From Chiloscyllium plagiosum (Eukaryota): DNA of 62,000 nt. Positions 24,100 to 37,695 of the stretch are shown one piece after another; within the stretch, counting starts at the first letter, position 1, and each line of letters opens with the position of its first letter. The stretch covers positions 7,608,473 to 7,670,472 of the forward strand of contig NC_057756.1 in NCBI RefSeq assembly GCF_004010195.1. The letters are read 5' to 3'. The translations under genes were made by a program, and so were the position numbers. The notes beneath the pieces were generated by a model. That model worked only from the letters and a program-made list of their open reading frames with translations. It did not search any database and was not told the DNA's origin.

Positions 24100-27000
24100 A
24101 TGCTGCAGTTGTTCACCATTGTGAATAAAGTATAGTACATCACTATTGCTGCTATTGGCGTCCTTGGTGAGTTTAAGCGTCAGCCACATTGCTGTGGGTC
24201 TGGAGTCACATTTCAGCCAAACCAGGTAAGGATGGCAGTTTCCTTCTCTGAAGGACATTATTAGATTAGATTACAGTGTGGAAACAGGCCCTTCGGCCCA
24301 ACAAGTCCACACCGACCCGCCGAAGCGAAACCCACCCATACATTTACCCATTACCTAACACTACGGGCAATTTAGTATGGCCAATTCACCTGGCCCTGCA
24401 CATCTTTGGACTGTGGGAGGAAACCGGAGCACCCGGAGGAAACCCACGCAGACACGGGGAGAATGTGCAAACTCCACACAGTCAGTCGCCTGAGTCGGGA
24501 ATTGAACCCGGGTCTCTGGCGCTGCAAGGCAGCAGTGCTAACCACTGTGCCACCGTGCCGCCCACAAACCAGATGGATTTTTCCAACAATCAATAATGGA
24601 TTCACGTCTATCATTAAACTTTTAATTCCAGAGTTTTGTTTTCATTCCATTCAAATCTCACCATCGGCGATCTGAATTCAAACCTGGGTCCCCAGTACAT
24701 TACCGGGGTCTCTGCATTAATAGTCCAGTGATAATGCCATGAGCCCATTCCCGTCCCTGAGCAGAACTTTGAAAGTTGCATCAATCCGTGCAGTGGAATA
24801 TCATGCCAACGCGCTTATATTTTGTTCACGTATTTGCAAATTTGGTTCAGTGCAGGTCAGTCACACTGTGATCATCGGTCATGCATTATCAGGATGATTG
24901 TAAGTTTTGATTGGGAGAATTCCTGTGAGCAGTAGATCGCAGAGTTCAGAGATTCACAGAGTTAGGCAGCATGGAAACCCAGCCTCCGGACAAACCAGAT
25001 ATAAAGACAGTGGCTGGGGAAGGCATTCCAATCGGATCTCCTTTCTCTCCATATTCCGACTTCTTTTCCTTTCTTTCCTCTTCTCCTTCTTACCCCCACC
25101 CAACCAAAGCCCGGAACTATTAACTACCCCAACCTGGGGAATGGAGACGAGTTGCGACTGGACAGTGTAGGGGGGCTGAGCACACGGGTCGTGTCCCACA
25201 GCAGCAGCAGGGCGAGTTGGAGCCGAGACAGGGACTGAATCCCGGAGTGATGGCAGCAGGGAGATGCTGTGTCCCGGAACGGCATGTGGGGAATCCCAAG
25301 TTCCGGAGCAGCGCGGAGTGAAGTGTGACTGACCTTGTTGCTGCTGAGTGCTGGTGAGGGTGTGGTCTGGAGGCTGGAGGGATGGCGGGCACTTGCTGGA
25401 CCTGATTCCTGGCACCATGGGCTGAGCTGCTGCTGTTGGAAATCTTTACCGAGCTGGACTGTAAATAACGACCTCATTCTCAGACACTGTCAGTAATGCT
25501 ACTGCTTTGCTCATGATCCTCTTTTCTATAACAGTATTGTATTTTTTACTCTGTAAGATTTGTACCTGTATCTAAGATGGCACCATTAAAAAGCAGCCAT
25601 TGTAAACACTTCCCACTGTACTCCTGTATTTCTGTACTGGAGGAGAAGTGACAACAAATGATATTCAATGTCAATGGTTCTATTGCGTTGATGATGTGCA
25701 AGGAAGCCCTTCCTTGCTTAACAAATCAAATCATCGCTTTTGTGTTGAACAATTAAGGTTTTTGCTTGAAAGAATAATTTACAGGAAGAAGCACTGAGAT
25801 TTCCTAATCCCAGCGAGTTTCATGAATGGAAAGCAGTGATAACCGTTCACTAACACATGGCCAGTACTGAGCACGTTTTTCCAGTCTTCAACATAATTAG
25901 ATTCGAAATGTAATTTCCAGAAATTTAGACAAATGTGAGGTGCTAAATTTCAGAAAGGTAATTCAGAGCTGGGCTTCTGCACTTAATGGTAGGGTCCTAG
26001 GAACTGTTGCCAAACGAACAGACCTTGGAATGCAGGTTCATAGTTCCTTGAAAGTGAAGATACAGGTAGACAGGATAGTAAAGAAGGTGTTTAGTACACT
26101 TACCTTTCTTGGGCAGCGCATTGAGTATCGGAGTAGGGATGTCAGGATGTGGCTGTATAGGACATTATTTAAACCACTGCTGGAAAACTGCCTTCATTTC
26201 CGGTCCCCCTGCTGTAGAAAAGATGCTGTTAAATTTTAAAGTGATCAGAAAAGATTGACAAGGATGTCGCCGGGGATGCTATAGGGAGAGGCTGGACAGG
26301 CTGGGGCTGTGCTCCCTGGAGCATCAAAGACAGAGGGGCATGGATAGAGTGAATATTCAAGGTCTTCTCCCCAGGTTAAGGGAGCCCAAAACTAAAGGGC
26401 ATTGGTTCAAGGTGAGAGGGGAAAGATTTAAAAGGGATCTAAGGGGCAGCTCTGTTCATGTAGAGGGTGATGTGTGTATGGAATGAGCTGCCAGAGGAAG
26501 TGGTGGAAACTGGTACAATTACAACATTTAAAAGGCATCTGGATAGGTGCATGAATACAAAGGATTTAGAGGCATATTGGCTAAATGCTGGCAAATGGGA
26601 CTAGATTAATGTAGGATATAAGGTCAGCATGAATGGGTGGACTGGAGGGTCTGTTTCTGTGCTGTTCTCTAAATGATTGAAAGCAATTGGTGGAGTGTAG
26701 CATAGACTGTGGGCTGTGTAAATGGAGAGAGGAAACTATTAGATTAGATTACATTACAGTGTGGAAACACTGTATTTGCAAGAACAAGTTCAAATATGGT
26801 ATATACTTTCTCGCATGAAAGTATTCTTCATTTTGTCTTATCCTTTGTTCAACTGCTATATAAATTGACAGCTCCATTTGATTGTCTTGATGTTTACAAA
26901 TGGTTTAATTTATCTTACAGCACATTTCAGTTTCTCAGTGGTTATCCCCTGTCCATCATGTCTTCAATCCCCAACTCGTGGTCCACTTGTTGTTATGGTG

Positions 27001-28509
27001 TGGATATGATCAACTATCATGTGTGCTGCTGTTCCCATATTCTTGTAGAATAATGTTTAACAATGTGTCTGTCCCGTAAAGTGAGATTATGTCATGTAAT
27101 AGTGTCAAATCCATGATTCTGGGTAGTATATTTTTATAACGGATGTCATTCTATGTCAGCTTGCATTGTGACCATGTTTAAATTGGCACTTACAAGGTTT
27201 AAATCCCGAGCTCCCAAAGATCAGCTTGGTTAATTGTTGGGAACACAGAAGGGAAATGGACAGGTTACTTCACTCCTCATGTTTTTTTTCCTTCCATTAA
27301 CAGAGTGATATTAGTGAAGCCAATAGAGCATGTTCGGTCTGATTCTATACACAACTGTAGCAAATTTAACTGACTATTTTCCACCTCCAAAGCCATTTTG
27401 CACTACTTCATATTCAACACCACACACCCACTCCCTTTGTTCATTGAACACAGCTTAACATGGGATGGGATTGGAATTAAAATTCTTTTTACATTTTGAT
27501 AGTCTTCCTGACCACCCTGATGCTATCTCGACTCAAATACAAGGCTGTTTGAATGACAATTTCCATACTAATTTCACTTCTCCCTCTTACAGTTAATGCA
27601 CTGGCAATTGCGATTCTGTCCCAAGGAAAATGCGGCCTCTCTAGATGCACTACTCATTACCTGGTGGCTATGGCAACAGCAGATCTGATGGTCATCGTCA
27701 CTGATGTTATATTGTATCAACTGAATCACTACTTTTACCAGGGATCATTCCTGCACCTCACACCTGCATACATTGGGATTCAGTTCCTGCTTTTAGTGAG
27801 TTCGGACTGTTCTGTCTGGTTCACTGTCACTTTCTCCGCTGATCGGTTTGTCACCATTTGTTGCCGGAAACTGAAACTGAAATATTGTACCGTGAAAACA
27901 GCAGCTGTTATTCTTTCAACAACCTTCACTCTTTTCTTTATAAAAAAAATGTTCCCATTTTCATTACACGGGAACCAATGATTGTGGTTGACAATGTACA
28001 CTGGTCTTGTCAAATAAAGGCCAGCTATTACACTGAACTTGTGTGGATAGTTTATGACTGGTTTGATAAAGTGTTAACACCATTACTCCCATTCAGTTTA
28101 GTTTTGATCTTCAATGCTTTGACAGTCAGATACGTGTTAGTGGTGAATCGGATCCGTAAAGGATTGAGGAGTCAGAACATTGAAGAGGAGCGCAGTGATC
28201 CTGAGATGGAGAGCAGAAGGAAGTCAATGATTTTACTGTTCACCATATCGAGTAGCTTCATATTGCTGTGGTCACCCTATGTAATAAATTTCTTATACTA
28301 TCGAATTGCAACAATTGATCCCAAATCTTACAATGACAGCTTACTTGTATTTGAAAGAATTGGATATATGCTGCTGAGCTTGAGTTGCTGCACAAATACG
28401 TTTATTTATGGAGTAACTTAGTCGAAGTTCAGGAAACAGTTCATTAGCGCTGTAAAAATACCCACTGACTTCAATCAGCAGAGTCTTTACTTTCAGAATG
28501 AATTGATGG
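24100..28509 (+). pseudogene. GPR139/GPR142-like GPCR copy 2, unprocessed pseudogene (exons 24100-24166 and 27593-~28509)
   Basis: Colinear with copy 1 and splice sites intact. Lesions: TAT>TAG at 24133 (codon 12), A6>A8 frameshift at 27942-27949, CAG>TAG at 28419, and a +1 A near 28455. Confidence 0.9.
24259..24562 (-). mobile_element. HE1-like SINE, full length
   Basis: ggcggcacggtggcacagtggttagcactg head to (atcta)n tail; absent at paralogous ~7318. Confidence 0.9.
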
Positions 28510-29282
28510 CAATCTATAAGACAGTACCATATATGACTTTGTTTTCCCAGAATGCTGCATTGAGTAGAAAACGCCCAGCAAATGATTTGTATCAAAGCTG
28601 TTAGTTTGTTTGAAAATACGAACAGCGGTGTAGCCTTACATTCGATTGGATGTTAAGTTATTTCGGATTGCCAAGATAGACAAGATTTTTTAATCCTCTC
28701 CTGAAGTAAACGTAATGAATAATTCACCCAAGAAAGCCACGCCATTGCAGCGATAACAGACATAAAGGAAAATCCACAAGAAATCGACAGGAAGAACTCA
28801 ACTAGGGAGACGGCATTCCATCCAAAAGGGTGGCACCGAAACTAGCAGCGCGGCCACTAGTTACTGCTGGCAGTGAATTGCAAACGAGTCCACTCACATT
28901 TTGTCTGCCTCATTTCAGTTTTGTTTGGCAAAAACATTTCCTGTCCTCTCATTTCATTTACCTCGGAAATGGTCTGTTATGATCCCAACTGATGTTAAAA
29001 TTGGACACCTCAGACTGGAAACAGAAATCAGGATTGCTGGTTCATCTTTATTTCATTTCTCATTTCACGTGGTAGTCTTTCAGTTAAAGAAAAGTCTGTA
29101 ACTCTGCATATTTGGTTTTAACATTAAAAAAAGTATATGTGCTCTTCACATAAAATAGTTTGAACGCTTTCAAAGTACATGACAAAAATATCCTGGCATC
29201 TGTCTTTACCGTACTCGAATGAGAGTTTCACTCTGTGCAACATCTACAGCTGTGACTCAAGTGCTTCTTTCACTTCCTGTTA

Positions 29283-29920
29283 TAGAGTCATGGACATGTA
29301 CAGCACGGAAACAGACCCTTCAGTCCAATCCGTCCATGCCTACCAGATATCCCAACCAATCTCGTCCCACCTGCCTGCACCCAGCCCATATCCCGTCAAA
29401 CCCTTCTTATTCATATCCCCATCATGATGCCTTTTAAATGTTGCAATCATACTAGCCTCCACCACTTCCTCTGGCATCTCATTCCATACACGTACCACCC
29501 TCTGCATGAAAAAGTTGCCCCTTAGGTCTCTTTTATATCTTTCCCCTCTCACCCGAAACCGATGCCCTCTAGTTCTGGACTCCACCACCCCAGAGAAGAG
29601 ACTTTGTCTACTTATCCTATCCATGCCCCTCATGATTTTATAAACTTCTACAAGATCGCCCCTCAGCCTCCAAAACTCCAGGGAAAACAGCCCCAGCCTG
29701 TTCAGCCTCTCCCTGTAGCTCAAACCCTTCAACCCTGGCATCATCCTTGTGAATCTTTTCTGAACCCTTTCAAGTTTCACAACACCCTTCCGATAGGAAA
29801 GAGACCAGAATTGTACGTAATATTCCAAAAGTAGTCTAACCAATGTCCTGTACAGCCGCAATATGACCTCCCAACTCCTGTACTCAATATGATGACCAAT
29901 AAAGGAAAACATACCAAAAG
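29283..29920 (-). mobile_element. CR1 3' fragment, unit 2 only
   Basis: 190-aa open ORF2 C-terminus (EVILRLYRTLVR...LGLFSLE-WRLRGDL); absent at ~12195. Confidence 0.9.
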
Positions 29921-31047
29921 ACGTTCCTTTGTTTGTTCACACAACTGAATATACTTAGCATCAAAGGACCCCATCTGATTTATAACCCAAGATTTCTGGC
30001 TTGGAATTTTCATATTAATACATTTGCAGTGTGATGACAGTTTCAAACTATTCTGAATTAATTCCTTTCTGGGGGAGAATCTCTTTCTCCACCTCCCCTC
30101 TTCCAGTCTCTGTGAAATGCCCCAAATGCCTCACAACTTGGGTTTTATTTTCACAAAAAAAAACTTTATTCTTCAAAACCAAAAGCAGGTCAAAGGTTGC
30201 CTTTGCTGATCATAAAACGCTTACAATGCAAATGATCTGACAATAGCTCTCCAGTATCGCCCGAATTACCTGCTTTCTGACCCATGATGGTTTGAATTGA
30301 CGGCTCCAGAAAGACTAACACATTACTGATTACCCTTCATGCACACAGACTCAAACTCACATTTCACCAGGTCAAAAACTGAACTCAAAAGTACAATCCA
30401 TTCTCGCAACATAAATCGCACCCCTTATATCATATTCCTATGTTTTTATATTATTGCCAGAAGTCAAATAATGCCAGGTTATAGTCCAACGGGTTTATTT
30501 GAAATCATACACATTTAGAACACTGTTGCTTCGTCAGGTGAAGTGCCGCGTGACTTCTGACTACGTCCACCCCACTCCAACACCAGCACCTCTTTCATTT
30601 GTATTATTGCACTCAGGTTTTATTTTTGAAACTTTCACATTGTGAATATTCTGGTAATAGATGATTTTCTTAATTTGTCTTGGCTTTTTTGGCGCTATTT
30701 GCTGAGCAATTTGTTTACACACATTACCTTGCGAGTATGCCTCAAGAGGAATAGATCTCCCTGTGTGTAAAACTATGCAATATAAAATGACACTAACATT
30801 TACCATATAATAACTAAGATGTTTGTAACATCTCATTTGGTTCACTTATATCCTTTAAGGAAGGAAGGAAGCTGATATCCTTACTTGGTCTGACCTCCAA
30901 GTGACTCCAGACCCACAGCAAAGTGGCGACTCTTAGCTGACCTTTCTGCAATTACCGATGGGCAATAAATGTTGGCTTCAGTGGCAACACCTACGTCCAA
31001 TGAATGAATTAAAATAAAACCAGAACTAATTTGGGTCTCTGGCTGTC

Positions 31048-31362
31048 ATTAGATTAGATTACTTACAGTGTGGAAACAGACCCTTCGGCCCAACGAGTCC
31101 ATCCCGACCCGCCGAAGCGTAACCCACCCAGACCCATTCTCCTACATTTACCCTTTCACCTAACACTACGGGCAATTTAGCCTGGCCAATTCACCTAACC
31201 TGCACATTTTTGGACTGAGGGAGGAAACCGGAGCACCCGGAGGGTGCCCACGCAGACACGGGGAGAACGTGCAAACTCCACACAGAGAGTTGCCTGAGGC
31301 GGGAATTGAACCCGGGTCTCTGGCGCTGTGAGGCAGCAGTGCTAACCACTGTGACACCGTGT
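31048..31362 (-). mobile_element. HE1-like SINE
   Basis: Same head, core and tail; absent at paralogous ~13320. Confidence 0.88.
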
Positions 31363-32919
31363 TACCCATCTTCTGCATTTGACAAAAAGGGGCTTGATTT
31401 TAACTGGTGACTGTAGCCTCCCATTTCAGATACCGTAAAATTAAAGTAGGAAAAAAAAGCAGTTTCACTTTCAGTCACTTTCCCACTCTCTCTTCCAAAG
31501 TTAAAGACTCAAACCTTTCCTGGTTACAAGTCTCTGTGGCTGATCTTGTCTGTTCACACGCATCAACAAGAAAGTGGCTTCCACATTCTGAACCACTGAT
31601 CACTCTCTCGTCCTGCCTCCAATCACCAGTTCCTTAAGTTCAAATGGACAGTCCTATGTATTCTGGACAGTATCTGACATTTCACCACAATCAAACCCAA
31701 CTAAGAAAGAATACAATTGAATTTAAGTTACTCCAATTCCGATTTCAAATTGTTTCCATTCGCCATGACCCTTGTACCCCAGTGGATCCTGCTTCAACTA
31801 TGGGTCAGCTTTGAAACTCACATCGTTGCTCCCAATCCCATCATGTTCTCTGCCTTCCATCACAGTGCCACCTTCTCTATCTCTACAGGAAGGTCGCTCT
31901 CTGACTATTCCATTCCTCCATATATCTGCTGATGTTTTAACGCCATCCAGTATTATGAAAGATACAAACGTACATCTGATCTTATGTGTCAGTAGGTGTA
32001 GGTCATCTGAAAACTAAAGGCTGCATTGACATTGAATAAGCCCAAGAATAATGAGATTATGACCGTAATTCCACATTGTAACCTACCACTAATGCACCTT
32101 GACCATCTCTCTGTGCGACATCAAATTGCATGTGTCTTGTATTATATGACTCTGACTCCATCACTCGCTGGTTAGAAAAATGCACTTTGTGTTAAAGATT
32201 TCCAGCAAGAACTGAATCTGGAACATTGCTAACTCCTCAATTGTTGAAGGCTTATGTCACACAACTCTCTTTCTCAGTCTCAATTTTAGGACTTTGTTGA
32301 CTTTTGATCATCTATCATATTATTTCTGCATCGGGTTCAGTGTCACGGTTTCGGGGAGAATCTTGCTGTAAATTACTTCTGGACTTTCATAAATCCCAGA
32401 TCGTTATAAACATGTTCGTTTTGTAATTGATGCATAGCATTCTTTAACAACTGCTTTGCTTGTATTTATAGATCATTTTATGTTCCTATTCTATTGAGTT
32501 CCTTTTTTCTCTGGGGGATGGTAATATCACAATGATAATGAAAATGCATGTAGGAAAGCATCCTGTTTCTCTGATCGGGACGGGTACACTCTCACTTTCT
32601 GTTGCCACAGCAAAATGGAATTGTTTTATCTTGTTCTGATCTGGTCAATTGGACGCATTCGCTACGTCAGATTGAAAGGAAAGAGCTCAAATACCCAGCT
32701 CTCTTTAATGAAGTTTTTACAACAAAACAAAAGTTATTCGATGAAGAGAGACATGCCGAGTGTAATCTTTGAATCAAGGACAGCCAGGTGGACCTCTGAG
32801 AACAGGAATTCCCTGTTAATCTGGTCCAATCAGGGAGCCCCGACTGACTGAGGATTGAGCTACTGGGACTGTGGAATGTACAATAAAGGGATAGTGGCTT
32901 CCCTGGAGCTGTGACAGAC

Positions 32920-33515
32920 TGTGCATAACATGTACAGTCCTCAGCAGAGGGGCATGATGCATGTGTGTGTGTGCGTGCGTCTGTACGTGTCTGAATGCGT
33001 GTGTGAGTGCGAGAGAGAGAGAGAAAATGCGTGTGCATGTTTGTGTGTCTGTATGTGTGCAACATGTACAGTCCCCAACAGAGGGGCCTAATGCTGTGTG
33101 TGTGTGTGTGTATGTGTATGTGTGTGTATACATTCCCCAGCAGAGGGGCAGCATATCGTGTGTGTCTGTGTGTAACATGTACAGACCCCAGCAGAGGGCA
33201 TGATGCTGTGTATGTCTGTGTGTAACATGTACAATCCCCGGCAGAGAGGCACGTTGATGTCTGCGTCTGTGTGTTACATGTACAGTCCCCGGCAGAGGGC
33301 ATGATGTGTGTGTCTGTGTGTTACATGTACAATCCCCAGAAGAGGAGCATGATGCTGTGTGTGTCTGTGTATAACATGTACAGTCCCCAGCAGAGGGGCC
33401 TGATGCTGCGTGTGTCCCTGTGTAACATATGCCGCCCCCAGCAGAGGGGCGTGATTCTGACTGTGTCTGTGTGTTACATGTACAGTCCCCAGCAGAGGGG
33501 CATGATGCTGTGACT
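32920..33515. repeat. ~45-bp minisatellite (tgtgtaacatgtacagtccccagcagaggggcatgatgc) interleaved with TG runs
   Basis: About 10 imperfect units; only one unit at the paralogous site, ~14960-15000. Confidence 0.88.
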
Positions 33516-33611
33516 GTGTGTGAGTTGGTGATGATTTAGTCCATCAGTGATGACTCAAAGTCATAGCCAATTAGAAATTGGAGCTCTAACTAACAAATAG
33601 AACTTCTTAAA

Positions 33612-34820
33612 AGAACATTGAAAAGGCACCTGGATGGAGCCATGAATAAGAAAGGTTTAAAGGGATATGGGCCAAACACTGGCAAACAGGACTAGATTAA
33701 TTTAAGATGTCTTTTCAACACAGACGCGTGACTGAAGGGTCTGTATCCGTGCTGTACATCTGTATGTTTCCAAGTGGCTCACTCAAGAGATAGGAGATGT
33801 GTTGGGATCAATAGTTCAAAATTCAGAAACAAATCTAGAAAGGTTCAATGATGTTGCAAAATAGCAGATATGGATGTTCTATTGAAGAAGGAAAAGGTAC
33901 AGAAAGCAGGAAATGTAGGTCAGTTAGCCTAATGACTGTTATGGGGAAGTTGTTAGAATCAATCCTGAATGAGAATCTCATTGGTAAAATTGGGAAGAGT
34001 CAGTCGGAATTTTTGAAGTGGAGATTATTTTTAGTTAACTATCCAGAATTTGTTGAATGAGTAATGTGCGCTGTTGATAAAGGGGAGCCCATTGAGGATA
34101 TTTGGATTCCAGGAGTAATAAGATGCCACATGAAAGATTATTGCAGAATATTGGAGTGGATCCTTCAGGGGATCACATCTCGGATATTGTCTGTGGTTTT
34201 GTTATCCTGAAAGGAAGGATGTCAATGCCTTGGAGGTGGTTCAGGGAGTGTTTAGTTGATTGATATCTGGGATGAACGAATTACCTTGTGAAGAACAATT
34301 TTACAGGCAGCCCTTGTTTTTGCTGGAGGTGGGAGTGAATCGATTGGTGTGTAAAATCCTGGGTGGGCTTGACCAGCTGAACATGGAAAGGATGCTTCCA
34401 ATTACATGTCAACTCAGAGCTAGGGGACACTGCTTTGTAATTAGAGGTAGCCCTTTCAGAATAGAGGGGCTTTTTTTTTCTCTCTGAATATTGTATGACT
34501 TTGAAATCTTCTGCCGTAGTGTGATCATTAAATATCTTTAAGACAGAACTGATAGATTGGGCAAGTGTAAGATTTTTCAGGTCAGGTGGAATTATGGAAT
34601 TCAGAACACAGACAGATTAGCCATGATCTTAGTTTTTTTTTCCTCATCAACCTATTCAGAGATGCTATTACATTCCTCTGGAGCAGGTGGGACTTGAACC
34701 CAGGTCTCCGGGCTGAGAAGTAGGGAAACTACAAACATGCCACTTGAGCCTCCCGTATGATCTTATTGAATGGTTGGAGTTAAGATCAAAGGGCCAAATG
34801 CCTACTCCTGTTCCTACACA
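33612..34820 (+). mobile_element. Old CR1 fragments
   Basis: VSLMTVMGKLLESIL, LRARGH and a ggccaaatg-cctactcctg 3' end. Confidence 0.6.
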
Positions 34821-35274
34821 ATCTGTTTAGCTCAGTCAGTTGGTTGTAATTTACTTCTTTGGCATTGGTTCAATCAGTTGGTGCTGATGTAGCCATGGTG
34901 GCCACAGTTCCCACAATTCCCCTGGGCTGAGATCAGCCCTATTTCTGATAATGTCCAAATTGCACTCTGGGAAAATCCCTTTGCCAACACATAGTTCCTC
35001 AACATGATGCGAATCACAGCTTTTATGTATTTTTCTCAGCTTCCAGCCAGTGAGACTTTCCCTTCCATCGATTGTGACCGAAAACCTCAAGTTGCCTCCA
35101 TTGGTCAATTGGTGTTGGTGATTCAGAATTAATACAATGGATGTCAGCGGTGGTCCGTGATATAACACCAATACGGCTGCCACCTCATGGGACAGGGCCG
35201 ATTTCATCAACAAGCAGGGAGAGCCAGAAGAGCAAGAGCTGACTGACCCTCATGTCTTTTTTATTTTTTTCTCC

Positions 35275-36460
35275 TGTGACCTTAAAAATGACCTTTAGTT
35301 TTGAACTTCCACTCCTTCAGGAAGAGACCCTTGTCATGAACCTTATCTGTGCCCCGTCTGATTTTATCATCCTCGATAAGGTCACCCTTCAGCATCCTGC
35401 ATTCCAGTGAACAAACTCCTCGCCTATCCAGCCTCTCGTACAACACAGCCCTCCATTCCTGACAACATCCTGGTAAATCTCTTCCGAACTCGGACAATTT
35501 TTTTGTGGGGATGTGGGCATCATTAGCTGGGCAAGCATTGATTGCCTGTCCCTAGTTGCCCTTGAGGTGGTGGTGAGCTGCCCTCTTGAACTGCTGCAGT
35601 TCACCTACTGTAGGTAGACCCAAAATGCCATTAGGGAGGGAACCCAAGGATTTTGACTGAGCAACAGTGAAGGAATGGCAGTATATTTCCAAGTCGGGAT
35701 GGTGAGTGGCTTGGAGGGGAACTTGAAGTTGGTGGTATGTATCTGTTGCCCTTATCCTTCTAGGTGGAAGTGGTTATGAGTTTGGAAGGAGTTGTCTAAG
35801 GATCGTTGGTGAATTTCTGCAGTATATCTTGTAGATGGTACACACTGCTGCCCCTTCTAGAGGGATTGGATGCTTGTCGATGTGGTGCCAAACAAGTGGG
35901 GGCTGCTTTGCCTTTTGAGTGTTGTTGGAGCTGCAGCCAAACAGGCAAGTGGGGAGTATTCCATCACACTCCTGACTTGTGCCTTGTAGATGGTGGACAG
36001 GCTTTGTAGAGTCCGGAGGTGAGTTACTCGTCACAGTATTCCTAGCCTCTGACCTGCTCTTGTAGCCACTGCATTTACATTGTGAGTCCAGTTGAGTTTC
36101 TGGTCAATGATAACCCCAAGGATGTTGATGGTGGGGGATTCAGTGATAGTAACACCAGTAAATGTCAAGGCCAACATAATCAAAGACCCCTCCACACCGA
36201 GGTTACCCTCTCTTCAACCAGGCAGAAGGTACAAACATTTGAAAACACGTACCAACAGATTCAAGAACAGCTTCTTCCCCACTGTTAAGATATATGAACT
36301 GATCCTTCATAAATTACAGTTAATCTTTCTCTACACCTTTCTCAATACTATACACTATATTTTGTATTCTGTTCCATTAACCTGATGTGCTTACATAAGG
36401 TAAGATGTGTCTGGAGAGCACGCAGAACAATATTTTTCACTGTATCTCGGTACATGACCA
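35275..36460. mobile_element. Nested LINE fragments (CR1 minus; CR1/L2-group minus; Rex1/Babar-like plus)
   Basis: CSLECRMLKGDLIE (minus strand); a 3' end shared with 58985-59580; QPGRRYKHLKTRTNRFKNSFFP (plus strand). Confidence 0.6.
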
Positions 36461-36714
36461 TATCAAATCAAGGATTCCCTAACCTTCATTAACTGCTCTC
36501 ACCAGCCTGTCCTGTTACTGACTTATCAAAATCCTCCCACTCCTACAAACCCTTTGGAAGCAGACTCTTTACTTTGATCTGCCTCTCTTTTGTTCAATCA
36601 CTTCATATTTCCCCACATTGAACTTCCATCTGCTTTTGTCCACGCAGTCCCTTTGAATTTTGACACTGTCCTCCTAAAGCATCTGTACAGTTGGCTGGAC
36701 AGCTGAGTGACACA

Positions 36715-36875
36715 GATCTTGGGACAGTGGGAGGAAATTGGAGCACCCAGAGGAAGCCCACACAGACACGAGAGGAGAATGTGCAAACTCCACACAGTTG
36801 CCCGAGGGTAGAATTGAACCTGGGTCCCTGGTGCTATGAGGCAGCAGTGCTAACCACTGAGCCACCATCCAGCCC
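36715..36875 (-). mobile_element. HE1-like SINE 5' half
   Basis: tRNA-like head and core present. Confidence 0.75.
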
Positions 36876-37381
36876 GAAGGCAAGAAAGATGGGAAACTAA
36901 ATTGTGAAGAGAATATAAGAAAGCCTACAGAGCAATAGAGAAAGTTTGACTAAGTGGGAAAAGATCTGGCAAATGGCGTTCAATGTGGGAAAATATCAAA
37001 TTGTCCATTTTTGTAGTATTAATAAAAAAAAGCAGCATATTGTTTAATTACTGAGAGCTCTGAGATGCAGACAGATATGGGCATCCGAGTGGGTTGAATC
37101 ACAAAAAGTGAGTGTGCTGGTAAAGCGAGTAATCAGAACAAACAGAATTATGTTTTAATATGAGAGGAATTGAATGAGTCAGGAGGTTATACTTCAGTTA
37201 TACACAGTGTTGGTGAGACCACATAGAGTCATACAACACAGACAGACCCTTCGGTCCAACCAATCCATATCGAATACAATCCCAAACTAAACTAGCCCCA
37301 ACTGCCTGCTCCTGGCCCATCTCCCTCCAAACTAATATACTTAATCTGGAGTAATTTATACAGTACCGGATACTATGGAAG

Positions 37382-37695
37382 GATTAGATTAGATTCTCTA
37401 CAGTGTGGAAACAGGCCTTTCGGCCCGACAAGTCCACACTGCCCCTCTGAAGAGAAACCCACCCAAACCCATTCCCCTAAACTATATTTACCACTGACTA
37501 ATACTGTGGGCAATCTAGCATGGCCAATTCACCTGACCTGCACATCTTTGGATTGTGGAAGGAAACCGGAGCACCCGGAGGAAACCCACGCAGACACGGG
37601 GAGAATGTGCAGACTCCACACAGACAGGTGGGAATCAAACCCAGGACCCTGGTGCTGTGAGGCAGCAGTGCTAATCACTGAGCCACCGTGCTGTC
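37382..37695 (-). mobile_element. HE1-like SINE nested in an old CR1 (36890-38180)
   Basis: Head, core and tail recognisable. Confidence 0.85.

Larger units (their letters stand above)
18400..33610 (+). repeat. Segmental duplication unit 2
   Basis: Paralog of 2400-15090, lengthened by private SINE/LINE insertions and a minisatellite expansion. Confidence 0.9.

Noticed and set aside
32920..33515. CRISPR-like repeat/spacer appearance
   Set aside because: The 'spacers' are TG microsatellite, the context is eukaryotic and there are no cas genes.
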